Shown here: in pieces, positions 20,330-30,951 of the stretch
How the letters are laid out: each line of letters opens with the position of its first letter
How positions within the stretch are numbered: position 1 is the stretch's first letter
NCBI GenBank assembly: GCA_963675755.2
Contig: CAXXMD010000002.1
Location: 1,408,001 to 1,472,000 of the forward strand
From: a bacterium
GTDB lineage: Bacteria; Zhuqueibacterota; Zhuqueibacteria; Residuimicrobiales; Krinioviventaceae
DNA: 64,000 bases
Reading direction: 5' to 3'
Made by a program: the position numbers and the translations under genes
Notes under the pieces: model-generated
What the model was told of the DNA's origin: nothing
Seen by the model: the letters and a program-made list of their open reading frames with translations, nothing else
Databases searched by the model: none

Positions 20330-21475
20330 CTAGATAAAATCAGGCCATTTATAACTACCCGGCTTGACAGTTAAATTTATTTCCGGGTGACAGGCAACGT
20401 TCATTCGAACAACGCCAGGCCCCAGCTCCTGAGTGGGTATAAATCTTTGCCATCCCATATGTCTTACAATAGCAGATGCAGTTGATCCGCCTTCTACAAA
20501 CAATTCATTTACTTTAAACTGGTCAAGAATTTTTGCTACAATTACGGTTACAAGCTCCAACAGTCTTTCAGTCAAATTTTCAATAGGCGGAAGACTTTGA
20601 CTAACGGCAATTACCAATTTTTCACATCCGTTTATTTCTTTTAATATATTGCTTACCCATTCATCAATCGCTTTTTCTTTATTCTTGAAATTTTCCAAAA
20701 AGGATGCGGGAATCTCGCCCAGAATGAATTGTTTTTGTCCAAACATCTTGATCGAGTTTACTCGATTAGGTGAATTACTGCCGCAAACACACAGGACATT
20801 TTTTGAAAAATCTGGCAAAGAATCAAGTTCGATTTCCTGACGCTCAAATTGAGAACCAAGTAACGCATCAAAATAATCAGAACTGCCTGCAGGCAGGGTA
20901 TTCGCTGGGTTGATATTTGTCCAGGATCTCATTTCCATGCTATTATTGCATTCGCCAATCACAATTCCGGTTTCGGGAATTCCCTGATCTACAGAACGAT
21001 ATTCTAAATGCACTCCATCTTGATCTGTAAATCGTTTTAAAACATCAGATACAGCTACAGGAAAATCAATATCTTGTGCAAATTCAGTTTCATGTAGAGG
21101 TACACCATGTATATAATAATGCCCACCATCAATAACCCGACCGGCAGAAGGATTTGCAGGTACAAGTAAAGCCAATGGTATATTTAATTGATCCATCATT
21201 TCTTTTATCTCTGGCAACAAATGTCCCCGAAGAACGGAATCAATCTTTTTATAAATCCAATCTGGTGTAAGATCTCTCAACATTGTTGCAATTTCAGCAA
21301 TCTGCTCAACTGCATTTTCTTCAGTAGATGACCGGGTATTGGAATCGATTATAAGCAAATCTGATTCACAACTGGAAATGGGCTTTGTACATATCTCAAC
21401 ACTTTTGCCATAACGAAGAGCAATCCCTCCCATCTCGGCACTTCCCGAAAAATCATCTGCTACTACTGCTATCAT
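20330..21475 (-). CDS. Four-carbon acid sugar kinase, DUF1537 family (DtnK/DenK-like)
   Basis: Motifs VVADDFSGSAE, YKKIDSVLRG, PANP..GR, CGS, GGST and KPGS. Adjacent to PdxA2. Confidence 0.88.
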   Translation of the reverse strand: MIAVVADDFSGSAEMGGIALRYGKSVEICTKPISSCESDLLIIDSNTRSSTEENAVEQIAEIATMLRDLTPDWIYKKIDSVLRGHLLPEIKEMMDQLNIPLALLVPANPSAGRVIDGGHYYIHGVPLHETEFAQDIDFPVAVSDVLKRFTDQDGVHLEYRSVDQGIPETGIVIGECNNSMEMRSWTNINPANTLPAGSSDYFDALLGSQFERQEIELDSLPDFSKNVLCVCGSNSPNRVNSIKMFGQKQFILGEIPASFLENFKNKEKAIDEWVSNILKEINGCEKLVIAVSQSLPPIENLTERLLELVTVIVAKILDQFKVNELFVEGGSTASAIVRHMGWQRFIPTQELGPGVVRMNVACHPEINLTVKPGSYKWPDFI

Positions 21476-21528
21476 TTACTACTCCTTGTCATCATCACTC
21501 TGATGAATTCTTTTACCACCTTTATAGT

Positions 21529-22569
21529 CTATTTCCTGCTCCTGGCCATTGTTACAGCATATTCAATAGCATAGATCAAAGCCATGGGACTTGCAATACC
21601 TTTACCCGCAATTTCAAATGCTGTTCCGTGATCCACTGAAGTTCTGATGATGGGCAATCCTAACGTAATATTCACGCCACTCACATTTTGCATCTGCTGT
21701 TTTTCATTATCCCATTTAAATCCTACCAGTTTGAATGGTATATGGCCCTGGTCATGATACATAGCAACACAGCCGTCATAATATCCACCAACTGCCTTGG
21801 GGAACAGGGTATCTGGTGGAACAGGACCTTCAGCATCAAGGCCCTCGGCAACAGCCTGTTCAATGGCGGGCCGAATGTGTTTTATCTCTTCATCACCAAA
21901 AAGCCCACCATCCCCCGAATGTGGATTCAATCCTGCCACACCAATCCGGGGATTAGATACGCCAAATTGCCTGCATGCCGTATCCATAAGTTTAATTACA
22001 TCCACAATACGGTCTTTTGTTATGATTTCACAAGCCTGATGCAATGAAACATGTGTGGTTACATGTATTACCCGAAAATTCTCATGCGCAAGCAGCATGG
22101 CAACACTGGGTGTATTGGTTAAATCAGCATATATCTCGGTATGACCGGAATAATGATGCCCCGCAAGATTTAATGCTTCCTTGTGCAGGGGCCCGGTAAC
22201 TGTGGCGTCTATTTCGTCTTCAAGAGCCAGTTCAATGACTTTTTTTACAGATTGAAAAGCGGCATTGCCGCACATGGCACTGATTTCGCCAAATCTAAAC
22301 TGGTCCATATTCACCAGATCCAGATCAATGATATCAATGGTACCAAATTCAAACCTCGCATCACTTACACGAGTACTTTTGTGGATATGAAAATCTTTTC
22401 CACTAAAAGTCATTGATTGCTGCAATATATTTGCATCCCCTATAACCAGGGGCTTGCACTTTTCATAAATATCAGGAATGGCCAATGCCTTTATAATGAT
22501 CTCTGGTCCTATCCCAGCCGGATCACCCATTGAAATTCCCAATATGGGTTTTGATTTAACATTTGACAT
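21529..22569 (-). CDS. pdxA: PdxA-family dehydrogenase (PdxA2, D-threonate/D-erythronate 4-phosphate dehydrogenase)
   Basis: Motifs MGDPAGIGPE, GHTE, HVTTH, GLNPH, AMYHDQG and IRTSVDHGTAF. Next to a DUF1537 kinase. Confidence 0.93.
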   Translation of the reverse strand: MSNVKSKPILGISMGDPAGIGPEIIIKALAIPDIYEKCKPLVIGDANILQQSMTFSGKDFHIHKSTRVSDARFEFGTIDIIDLDLVNMDQFRFGEISAMCGNAAFQSVKKVIELALEDEIDATVTGPLHKEALNLAGHHYSGHTEIYADLTNTPSVAMLLAHENFRVIHVTTHVSLHQACEIITKDRIVDVIKLMDTACRQFGVSNPRIGVAGLNPHSGDGGLFGDEEIKHIRPAIEQAVAEGLDAEGPVPPDTLFPKAVGGYYDGCVAMYHDQGHIPFKLVGFKWDNEKQQMQNVSGVNITLGLPIIRTSVDHGTAFEIAGKGIASPMALIYAIEYAVTMARSRK

Positions 22570-23484
22570 CTATTCTTCTCTGTAATTCATCAATTCTTTT
22601 AATGCGATTTCAATATTTTGTGTCTCGGATAAAGAAAGAGCTAACAGCGGTGGCAACACAGCATTTTCACACAATCCGAGTGAATGCATGCATGCTTTGA
22701 GTGCTGCAAGAGACTGGCTTAGAATGCGATCTTTTTGATACACAAGAGATATATCATTGGTTATTTGCTGCAACGGTTCTGCCTGGTCTTGATCTCCTTT
22801 TATAGCCGCTTGGTACAAATCGCAATACATACCAGGAACCAGGTTACCTGTACTGGGCACAATTCCATCCGCACCATTAAAAAGTGCGTAAGTGGATTGA
22901 GCGGCCCAACCTATTAGAAAACTAAACTCACTATTCTCTTTCCACAGGGAAAGACATTTTTCCAAACGCTCTGGGTCCCGCTCAGAGTCTTTTAATCCTG
23001 CAATATTGGAGTGCTTACTCAACGTCTCCAGTACATCCAATGGAATGGACATCCCCGTTGTACCGGGGATATTGTAAACAATCAACGGTACAGGACTGGC
23101 ATCTGCAAGTTTCTCAAAATAGTTTAACATATGTTCCGGAGTTAATGGATAATATTCCGGTAAATGGGCTACCACTGCATCAACTCCCAAGTCTGCAAAC
23201 TGTCTGGCCATTTCAACACTGGTCTGAAAACAAGTACTATCAATACCTGCATAGGTAAGCTCTCGTTTGTTGGTCACTCTTACCATTTCCGAAACCAGTT
23301 TTACTTTTTGATCCAAAGGTATAGATGCCGCTTCTCCGGTTGTTCCCAAAACAAAGGGACTGGTTTGTTCAGCAACCAGATGCTCTGTAATTTTGGCAAC
23401 TGCGCTTTTATCTACCTCTCCCGAATCGGTAAAAGGTGATACCATCGGAACAACCACACCGCTGTATTTCTTTTTAATAGTCAA
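22570..23484 (-). CDS. DHDPS/NanA-family class I aldolase (2-keto-3-deoxy acid aldolase)
   Basis: Pyruvate-binding motif GTTGE, catalytic Tyr in VYNIP and Schiff-base Lys in GLKDS. Confidence 0.88.
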   Translation of the reverse strand: MTIKKKYSGVVVPMVSPFTDSGEVDKSAVAKITEHLVAEQTSPFVLGTTGEAASIPLDQKVKLVSEMVRVTNKRELTYAGIDSTCFQTSVEMARQFADLGVDAVVAHLPEYYPLTPEHMLNYFEKLADASPVPLIVYNIPGTTGMSIPLDVLETLSKHSNIAGLKDSERDPERLEKCLSLWKENSEFSFLIGWAAQSTYALFNGADGIVPSTGNLVPGMYCDLYQAAIKGDQDQAEPLQQITNDISLVYQKDRILSQSLAALKACMHSLGLCENAVLPPLLALSLSETQNIEIALKELMNYREE

Positions 23485-23497
23485 AATTCATCCCTGT

Positions 23498-24643
23498 TTA
23501 TAATGCATTCATATAGATTTCAGTGGCAATTTTTTTATCAATTGTAAGTGGATTATTTTTCAATAACCGGGTTACAGTTAACGCAGATTCAACCATTCCT
23601 GGAATATCATCCATTGTAATACCCAATTCCGACATTTTGAACGGTATATCTATATTTCTCATCAGGAATTTAAGCGATTCCACTCCGGCCATAGCAGTAT
23701 CTAAATCAGTACCAGCAAGATCTGCTCCCAATGCCAATGCAACCTGCGCAAAGCGCTCCGGTGCTGATGGTATGGTTGCTTGCATTACATATGGCATCAT
23801 AACCGCAATGGACAACCCATGGGGTACATGAAATTCACCACCTAACGGATATGCCAATGCATGCACTGCCGTTGTATTAACTGGCCCCAGGCACATACCG
23901 CCATACATACTTCCCAACGCTAATCTTGAACGGGCTTCTTTATCTCGTCCATTCTTCACCGCGGTTTCAAGATTTTCCGAAATATAGCGAATACCTTCAA
24001 GCGCATACATATCTACCATGGGATGTGCGTTAATATTGATATACGATTCAAGGCAATGTGATAAAGCATCTATGCCCGTATATGCAGTAACATTGGGTGG
24101 AACGGATAAAGCCAACAACGGATCTATATAGACCCGATCAGGTACCAGCCAGGGACTAATGATCCCTTTTTTCAGAGTATCACTTTCATCCAGCAATATA
24201 GAATTGGGAGACACTTCACTGCCCGTACCGGCGGTTGTTGGCAGACATGCCAGGAATATTTCCCTTCCCTGCAAATTACCAATGCCAATAGTATCATATA
24301 TATCCTGATTTCTGTTACAGAGTGCCGCCACAATCTTGGCCAGATCCATTACACTACCTCCGCCAATAGCAGCTACACTATCGATACTATGACTTGTTGC
24401 AATTTCCCGTATGCGCTCAGCATCGCGAACTGTGGGTTCACTGGCAAGATCATCAACAATAATTACAGTATCACAAGATTTTTGTAAAATTTTAATTTGT
24501 TCATCAATAACAGATACCAATGGTGCAATAGTTACAATTAATAAACTTTTAAACTCTAAAGATATAATATCATCTACAAACTGATCAATGCTGTTTTCTC
24601 CAAAAACAACATGACGGGGAAATGTAAAACTGGTATTTTTCAT
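23498..24643 (-). CDS. Iron-containing alcohol dehydrogenase (aldehyde reductase)
   Basis: GGGSVMD, PTTAGTGSE, DALSH, HALAY and PHG metal-binding motifs. Confidence 0.92.
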   Translation of the reverse strand: MKNTSFTFPRHVVFGENSIDQFVDDIISLEFKSLLIVTIAPLVSVIDEQIKILQKSCDTVIIVDDLASEPTVRDAERIREIATSHSIDSVAAIGGGSVMDLAKIVAALCNRNQDIYDTIGIGNLQGREIFLACLPTTAGTGSEVSPNSILLDESDTLKKGIISPWLVPDRVYIDPLLALSVPPNVTAYTGIDALSHCLESYININAHPMVDMYALEGIRYISENLETAVKNGRDKEARSRLALGSMYGGMCLGPVNTTAVHALAYPLGGEFHVPHGLSIAVMMPYVMQATIPSAPERFAQVALALGADLAGTDLDTAMAGVESLKFLMRNIDIPFKMSELGITMDDIPGMVESALTVTRLLKNNPLTIDKKIATEIYMNAL

Positions 24644-24668
24644 GATATAAAATGTATTTCTCCAAGTG

Positions 24669-26555
24669 TTAATAGTCAGTTCTAAAATTCTTTAAATAAT
24701 ATACAACCGGTGCAACAGGATCGTCAGGACCTTTTTCATCAAATCCCGGAACAAACTGATCACCGCTCTTGTATTCGGTCACATCATCGGTTAACCGATA
24801 ATCGCCTGTACGAAAGATAATCCGTTCGGGAACAGTCCCTTTGGCAGAAAAAGCAGCGTTTGTTACCAACTTTTTGCCATTTAATGATAAATTAAACTGT
24901 TCTTTTTTCGCGTCCAGATCGATTTTAACAGTATACCATTTCCCGGATTCTATTTCAGTAACTGATGTTGCATTATCATTCCCTTGTTTCACTAAAAGTG
25001 AACCGGTTGTATCAAATCTGGCCTGAACCAAACGTTCTCCTTTGGCAGACACAACTTCAACATCAAGCACCTGGTGCTGACATTCTGCATATAAATCAAA
25101 CGAGATTTGCTGATTTTCAGATTTGTTAAATACCCGAACTGCTTTGGCATAGTCATAGGGATCCACATCTTTGAGCATTAAACACTTTTCTGATGCATTG
25201 GGAGCCACAACGATTTCTACCGGGCACCATTGGGGACTGTAAATATTCCAGTCGGTTACTACACCTCCGGTTTCCATTTCATTAAAATTATCATCAATGG
25301 GACCTGTAACTTCTCCACATACAGGCACCGGTATGCGGGAAATCCACATATCTTCCTTACTCACTGAATATACTACCCAGAGGTCATCTCCCGGCGGGTT
25401 GCCATTACCTTCAATAATACCTCGTACATATTGTGGTCCGGGTCGTTTTTCACGTCCCCAAAATCTTTTGAGGGGTACTTCGCTGTGAACATTTAACAAA
25501 TTATCAAAATGGATTCCATCGTCACCGGTTGCAATACTGAGCGGATGTCTTGCCAAACCGGCAGTAGGATTATAAACAAGTGCGTACTGCCCGTTATCCA
25601 TACGCTGTGCCCAAATCTTTGCACCGCCATAAGACAGGGTATTGCACTGTACGGGTTCTGACCAGCTTTCGCCATGATCATAGCTCAAAGTAGTCCAGCG
25701 GGCTTTGAAAAAACCAACCAGTACACTGTCCGGCCGGGTATAATAACAAAAAGCCTGTCCCGGACTTTTCTCTCCATCATCCATGATCCAGGGTACACGA
25801 TAAAAATCATCCTTGTTTGCTGCGGTACGATCTTCTTCCCACCATTGTATGCGTTTGACCTTGTCATTTAAAAAAGCATCACAGGCAGATACAAAACCTT
25901 TATCATCAGATTCCGTATACATTGGGTAGGTCATGTCTTTCTCCCGCCCAAAGTTGGTTTTGATACTGTAAATGGGACCAAAGGTATTGTCCGTATAAAC
26001 TTCACGCACAACACGTCCTACACCATCACCTTTGTTACCACCATAAAAACCAAAAGCCAGCAGTCTGCCATCAGGGGCTACATAAAAAGCCATACGCTGG
26101 TGCATATGAATGAGATCTACCCAGTCGCCTTCTCCCGGCAAAAAATAGATGGGAAATATAACCTGAGGTTTGCTCCAGTTTTTGCCATCTTTAGAATGGG
26201 TAACAAGTGTTACGCCTGGTGGAATATGTTCACCAGTAGGATTTGACAGATAAATACAATAAAACATACCATTCCAATACGTCAGCATAGGCGCATGGTT
26301 ATAGGTCCACCCCATATCATCAGCCAGCTCGGGATGGGTCCGGTTGGCTCGTAATATCTGGTAATTCTGCACACCCACAGCGGGACGGAATTGTCCGTCA
26401 TGGTAACCGGAGTCATAATCACTGTTTGACGTAGTAACAGGACCAACATAACGTACCGGTTCAGATTTATCTCCGGGTTTAGCATAAATTTGGATAATAC
26501 TAAATAATACAATCAGCAGAATTGATATAATGTGTTCAATTTTTATTGGTTTCAT
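24669..26555 (-). CDS. GH143 Dha (2-keto-3-deoxy-D-lyxo-heptulosaric acid) hydrolase, BT1020 N-terminal-like
   Basis: Signal peptide; YHDGQ..P.VGV.N, RANR.HPE, GWTYNH.PML.YWNG, MHQR, AKIWAQR, GPQYVRGI.EGNG and KEDMWISRIPVP match the recalled N-terminal half of B. thetaiotaomicron BT1020. Asp-box repeats present. Confidence 0.85.
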   Translation of the reverse strand: MKPIKIEHIISILLIVLFSIIQIYAKPGDKSEPVRYVGPVTTSNSDYDSGYHDGQFRPAVGVQNYQILRANRTHPELADDMGWTYNHAPMLTYWNGMFYCIYLSNPTGEHIPPGVTLVTHSKDGKNWSKPQVIFPIYFLPGEGDWVDLIHMHQRMAFYVAPDGRLLAFGFYGGNKGDGVGRVVREVYTDNTFGPIYSIKTNFGREKDMTYPMYTESDDKGFVSACDAFLNDKVKRIQWWEEDRTAANKDDFYRVPWIMDDGEKSPGQAFCYYTRPDSVLVGFFKARWTTLSYDHGESWSEPVQCNTLSYGGAKIWAQRMDNGQYALVYNPTAGLARHPLSIATGDDGIHFDNLLNVHSEVPLKRFWGREKRPGPQYVRGIIEGNGNPPGDDLWVVYSVSKEDMWISRIPVPVCGEVTGPIDDNFNEMETGGVVTDWNIYSPQWCPVEIVVAPNASEKCLMLKDVDPYDYAKAVRVFNKSENQQISFDLYAECQHQVLDVEVVSAKGERLVQARFDTTGSLLVKQGNDNATSVTEIESGKWYTVKIDLDAKKEQFNLSLNGKKLVTNAAFSAKGTVPERIIFRTGDYRLTDDVTEYKSGDQFVPGFDEKGPDDPVAPVVYYLKNFRTDY

Positions 26556-26579
26556 GTGTTTTCCATAATTTTAAATTTA

Positions 26580-29285
26580 TTAAAAAAGCTCAGCAATACC
26601 TTCGGAAAGGAAATGATAGCTACCGGATTCAAGTTCAAATATTGCAATTTCACCTTGCATTTCTATAAAATGTACACCACCAGATTGTTCAACAGGTAGC
26701 ATATTCTCCTTGACCTCATCGATACTAAATGCAGGTAAATGCAATTCCGCGGTTGTATTTGCGGGTATGGTCACATCCAGAACCAAATCATTGTCACGGA
26801 TTTTCCAACTTGACTCGATTCGACCATACAATGATGTATAATGCGAATTGACATACTGAATGATCTTGTTAGGTTGTGGTTTGATGAGTATCTTTTTAAA
26901 TCCTGCTTCAGCGTTATCTATACCCGCCATAACCGCAAACATCCATTCACAAACAGAACCAAAGGCATAATGACTGAATGAATTCATACCATCCGGATTA
27001 AACCCGCCATCTATGGTATAACTGTTCCAGCGTTCCCAAATTGTGGTAGCGCCGTTTACAACCGAATAGCCCCATGAGGGGAAATCTGTATTCACAAGCA
27101 GTTGATAAGCAAGATCTGTATATCCGAAACGGGTCAACGAGGGCAAAAGATGTTTAACCCCCAGAAAACCGGTTGCCAGATTACCATTATTTTCTTTAAT
27201 CAAATCAGCAAGATACTTTGCAGCCCTTGCCTCTTGCTCTGGATCCAGCAAACCGAAATACAATGCCAATGTATAACTGGTTTGTGTATGTTCAGAGATT
27301 CGACCATTACTGGCCACATATTTATCTTTGAATGCCAGACGGATTTTTTCAAAAAGATCAGTGTAATATTGGATATCACTATCTTTACCCAAAACAGCAG
27401 CAATTTCAGTCATCAACTTGACATCATAGGCATAAAACGCAGTGGCCAAATAATCAAGCGAGGTTTGTGCACCAATCGCCAGCCAGTCACCCCAGTCATT
27501 TTCATTTGCCGTCAGCAGGTATCCATTAGAGCGATTGTTCAAATATTCTATAAATTTTCGCATTGCCGGATACATGTACTCGAGCAGACGTTTATCTCCA
27601 TACATCTGATAGATAACCCAGGGTACGATAACTCCGGCATCTACCCATCCTGATGCCTGTTCTTTTTTGAATACAAATGAATACGGCGCCCAATCGGTAA
27701 AGATTCCATCCTCTTTTTGGGCATCTACCAGATCAACCAACCATTTGCGCATAAAAGATGCAATATTTGCATTATAAGCTGCGGAGCGGACATAAATTTG
27801 TGCATCTCCACTCCATCCACAACGTTCATCTCGTTGGGGACAATCTGTTGGCACTTCAAAGAAATTGGAACGCTGTGTCCACAAAATATTGCTGTATAAT
27901 TGGTTTACCATATCATCTGAACAATCCAGTCGTCCGGCAGGTTGAATATCAGAATTTACAATAATACCGGTTACGGTATGTTCATCCGGGACAAATGACA
28001 AGCCGCGTACCTCAACATACTGAAAACCGTGATATGTGAAACGTGGCTGCCAGAGTTCAGTACCATTTCCATTCAAAATATAAGTATCCGTTGCTCTTGC
28101 AAATCGCAGGTTCTCTGTCATTAAACTTCCATCAGGATGGAGCATTTCACCATAACGGATTACAATCTTGCTGCCAGCCTCACCGGATACTTTGATGCGT
28201 GCAAAACCTGCAAAATTTTGTCCCATATTAAAAAGGTACACACCTTTTTCAGGCTCGGTTATTTCAATGGGTGTCATCTCTCCGGTTCTGCGCACAGGTA
28301 CCGTAGGATATCCTTGTAAAACACCTTTTGCAGGTTCAATAAGATCAACCGGTTTCCAGGTTTTCTCAATATATCCCGCGTGGTTCCAGCCTAAAAGTTC
28401 GCTGCAGGCGTCATACGTTTCGCCCATGAACAGGTCCGCTTCTTTAATCGGGCCTATGGCAGACGTCCATGACGAATCAGAACAAATGACCTGCTTCTCC
28501 CCATTTTCCAGCTCCACCTCCAGTTGACACAGCAACGCAGGGGTATCACCATATTGATTACGGGGATTGGGGATATTTTGATCCAGACAAAAGCCTACAT
28601 AACCGGCATACCAACCGTCAGCAAGAATGGCACCCAGGGCATTTTCGCCTTTGAACAAAAGGTGCGTCACATCAAAGGTGTGATAATAGATACGCTTGTT
28701 GTAATCTGTCCAACCCGGCACAAACATCCGGTTACCGACTTTGTCACCATTGATAGACGGTTCAACCAGTCCCAGTGCGGTAACATACAATGTAGCCTGA
28801 ACCGGATTTTCATCGAGTTCAAAGGTTTTCCTCAAATACGGGCTGGGCGGTAATCTTAGATCTTTGCCGCGAAATTCAGCAGGATAGTCGTCCAAATTCC
28901 GGTTCCGGCCTATCCATTGGGCCTGCCAGTCATTTTTTCCCAGCAATCCCATGGACCACATGTTAATATCACTCCAGGGTGACCATGTATCATTTTTGTC
29001 CCAAATTCTGACCTGCCAATAACAGTGCATGCGGGATTTCAAAGGTTTTCCCTTGTATGGAACAAGCACACACTGATCACTCGTTACTTTACCGGAATCC
29101 CAGAGATCAGCAAAGTCCCGTTTCAACAAATCCTGACCGGAAGCCACACGAATCTGGTACGCGGTCTGTTTTTGACCGCGTTGTTCAGATTCAACAATCC
29201 AGCTCAAACCTGGTTGAGTAATATCGATCCCAAGAGGATTATCGAGGTACTCACAGGTCAGTTTACTAACACGAACATCTGTCAT
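26580..29285 (-). CDS. GH78 alpha-L-rhamnosidase, apparently cytoplasmic (no signal peptide)
   Basis: Motifs LTCEYL.NPLGID, DLWDSGKV, PTDCPQRDER.GW.GDA, GDWL, GATTIWERW and MNSFSHYAFG. Confidence 0.93.
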   Translation of the reverse strand: MTDVRVSKLTCEYLDNPLGIDITQPGLSWIVESEQRGQKQTAYQIRVASGQDLLKRDFADLWDSGKVTSDQCVLVPYKGKPLKSRMHCYWQVRIWDKNDTWSPWSDINMWSMGLLGKNDWQAQWIGRNRNLDDYPAEFRGKDLRLPPSPYLRKTFELDENPVQATLYVTALGLVEPSINGDKVGNRMFVPGWTDYNKRIYYHTFDVTHLLFKGENALGAILADGWYAGYVGFCLDQNIPNPRNQYGDTPALLCQLEVELENGEKQVICSDSSWTSAIGPIKEADLFMGETYDACSELLGWNHAGYIEKTWKPVDLIEPAKGVLQGYPTVPVRRTGEMTPIEITEPEKGVYLFNMGQNFAGFARIKVSGEAGSKIVIRYGEMLHPDGSLMTENLRFARATDTYILNGNGTELWQPRFTYHGFQYVEVRGLSFVPDEHTVTGIIVNSDIQPAGRLDCSDDMVNQLYSNILWTQRSNFFEVPTDCPQRDERCGWSGDAQIYVRSAAYNANIASFMRKWLVDLVDAQKEDGIFTDWAPYSFVFKKEQASGWVDAGVIVPWVIYQMYGDKRLLEYMYPAMRKFIEYLNNRSNGYLLTANENDWGDWLAIGAQTSLDYLATAFYAYDVKLMTEIAAVLGKDSDIQYYTDLFEKIRLAFKDKYVASNGRISEHTQTSYTLALYFGLLDPEQEARAAKYLADLIKENNGNLATGFLGVKHLLPSLTRFGYTDLAYQLLVNTDFPSWGYSVVNGATTIWERWNSYTIDGGFNPDGMNSFSHYAFGSVCEWMFAVMAGIDNAEAGFKKILIKPQPNKIIQYVNSHYTSLYGRIESSWKIRDNDLVLDVTIPANTTAELHLPAFSIDEVKENMLPVEQSGGVHFIEMQGEIAIFELESGSYHFLSEGIAELF

Positions 29286-29467
29286 GAAGCTGTATCATCC
29301 TTTTTCTTTTGCATCCAAAACGGAGCGGTTAAAAACCACAAAAACATACCCGCCAGCATCAGTTGTGCATGCAGGTCCCAGGAAATAACCTGTTTAAATA
29401 CAAAAAAAGAGGGTAATATAGTCAAAGCCAGACCTATGTATGACAATACCATTAATAAAGTTCTCAT
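29282..29467 (-). CDS. Small two-TM membrane protein (61 aa)
   Basis: Two hydrophobic stretches. Begins 3 bp after the permease stop and overlaps the GH78 start (ATGA). Confidence 0.75.
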   Translation of the reverse strand: MRTLLMVLSYIGLALTILPSFFVFKQVISWDLHAQLMLAGMFLWFLTAPFWMQKKKDDTAS

Positions 29468-29470
29468 AGC

Positions 29471-30907
29471 CTAGGCCTCCACGGTTTTGTTAAGATTAGT
29501 ACTTTTAACACCAAACAGACCATATTTCTGTTCCAATGCGCTGAATGTAATATAAAAGATCACAGTAATGAACCAGCCGGGAAGTGCCAGAAAATAGATT
29601 TCAAGGCTGTATTTAAAATACAAATAGAGACACACTGCCAGTGATCCTCCCCATGCAAGCGCAGAAGGAATACTGAACATTTTATTCATCAATTCAGCAT
29701 AGTTGCTTTTTAATCCAATTTTGGGGAACACCCAGAAATCGATAAAAATAAATGCGCCAACCGGCATAAAAATAAGGCCATAAAGCGCAACAACTTCGGT
29801 TAAACGGTTTACAACCGCGGGAAACATGGCAATAATAGTTGTTGCAGTACCGGCAACCAGGGTCACTTTCCAGCGTTTCCAGTCCGGAGTAGCTACCTGG
29901 AATGCCAAACCTGCACGGTACAGGGTAGGATTCGCAGTAGTCCATCCGGCAACTACAACCGTTACAGCGCCAACAACACCTGCGCCTAATAATGCAATGG
30001 GTCCGGGAGCAATACTATTATTGGGATTAATAGCAAGTGCAGCGGCACATAATATACCAGATGAAACCCAGGCTACATAATGCCCCAGGAACATTCCAAA
30101 AGCGGATGCAAAACCATAGGTCCATTTTTTAGCATAACGGAACAGCGTCATATCTGACATACCAATATGCTGGTGAAGATTACACAACCATGAGAAAAAG
30201 ATTACATGCCAAATGGTAAATTTGGATTGGCCGGCAACTACATTACCGGTCCAAATTTTTTCATTGGCAACGGACCAGAAATCAGAAAGAGAAGTAACAC
30301 CCAGCTTTGGCAATACCGCAAAAGCAGATGCCACAAAGACCAGAAACATCCAGGGTGCACTGACTTTGGCAAACTTGGCCAGTTTTTCAAAACCTAAAAT
30401 CGCAAGTAATGAAACGACAGTTCCAACAACAAATACAACTACAACCCATGTTACACTTGTGGGCATGGTATCGGTCAGTTTGGGCATGGGCATATTAAAA
30501 GGCAGCCCTACAGCTGTTGCCGAAACGGTAACCATAGCCCCGGCAAGCAGACACAAGATTAATGCGTATAAAATTCCGTAAATAAAAGTTAAATATGGTC
30601 CACAAATTTTTCGGATCTGCCAGTATACGGTCAAGCGGGTTCTGACTGCGATTGGAGCGCAATACAATGCCCAACTTAAAACTGCAAGAATATTACCAAT
30701 TATCAGACCGATAAACAGGTCGGGTGCGGTTACGCCATGAACAACAAACAAGGGTCCCAGCACAAATTCTGTTCCGGCAATATGTTCACCGGAAAACATT
30801 GCAATAAAATTAGATGCCCCCTGCAACTTGTTTTTTGACACCGGCTCACGGTCAAATTCATACAAACCGTCAAGCCGCTTGATCAATCCACCTTTTTCTT
30901 TACTCAA
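29471..30907 (-). CDS. NCS1/cytosine-permease-like secondary transporter
   Basis: About 12 TM segments; N-terminal YEFDREPV, GEH.AGTEF, IGMSDMT.FRYA and AGWTTANPTLYRAGLA. Confidence 0.75.
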   Translation of the reverse strand: MSKEKGGLIKRLDGLYEFDREPVSKNKLQGASNFIAMFSGEHIAGTEFVLGPLFVVHGVTAPDLFIGLIIGNILAVLSWALYCAPIAVRTRLTVYWQIRKICGPYLTFIYGILYALILCLLAGAMVTVSATAVGLPFNMPMPKLTDTMPTSVTWVVVVFVVGTVVSLLAILGFEKLAKFAKVSAPWMFLVFVASAFAVLPKLGVTSLSDFWSVANEKIWTGNVVAGQSKFTIWHVIFFSWLCNLHQHIGMSDMTLFRYAKKWTYGFASAFGMFLGHYVAWVSSGILCAAALAINPNNSIAPGPIALLGAGVVGAVTVVVAGWTTANPTLYRAGLAFQVATPDWKRWKVTLVAGTATTIIAMFPAVVNRLTEVVALYGLIFMPVGAFIFIDFWVFPKIGLKSNYAELMNKMFSIPSALAWGGSLAVCLYLYFKYSLEIYFLALPGWFITVIFYITFSALEQKYGLFGVKSTNLNKTVEA

Positions 30908-30951
30908 AGTACACTCCTGTAGATTGGGTTATATTGTTATAAAGTTAGTCT

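Noticed and set aside
21529-23484. pdxA as vitamin B6 synthesis and the aldolase as DapA of lysine synthesis
   Set aside because: The context (DUF1537 kinase, Fe-ADH, symporter, glycosidase) is catabolic, and there are no pdxJ, dapB or asd neighbours.
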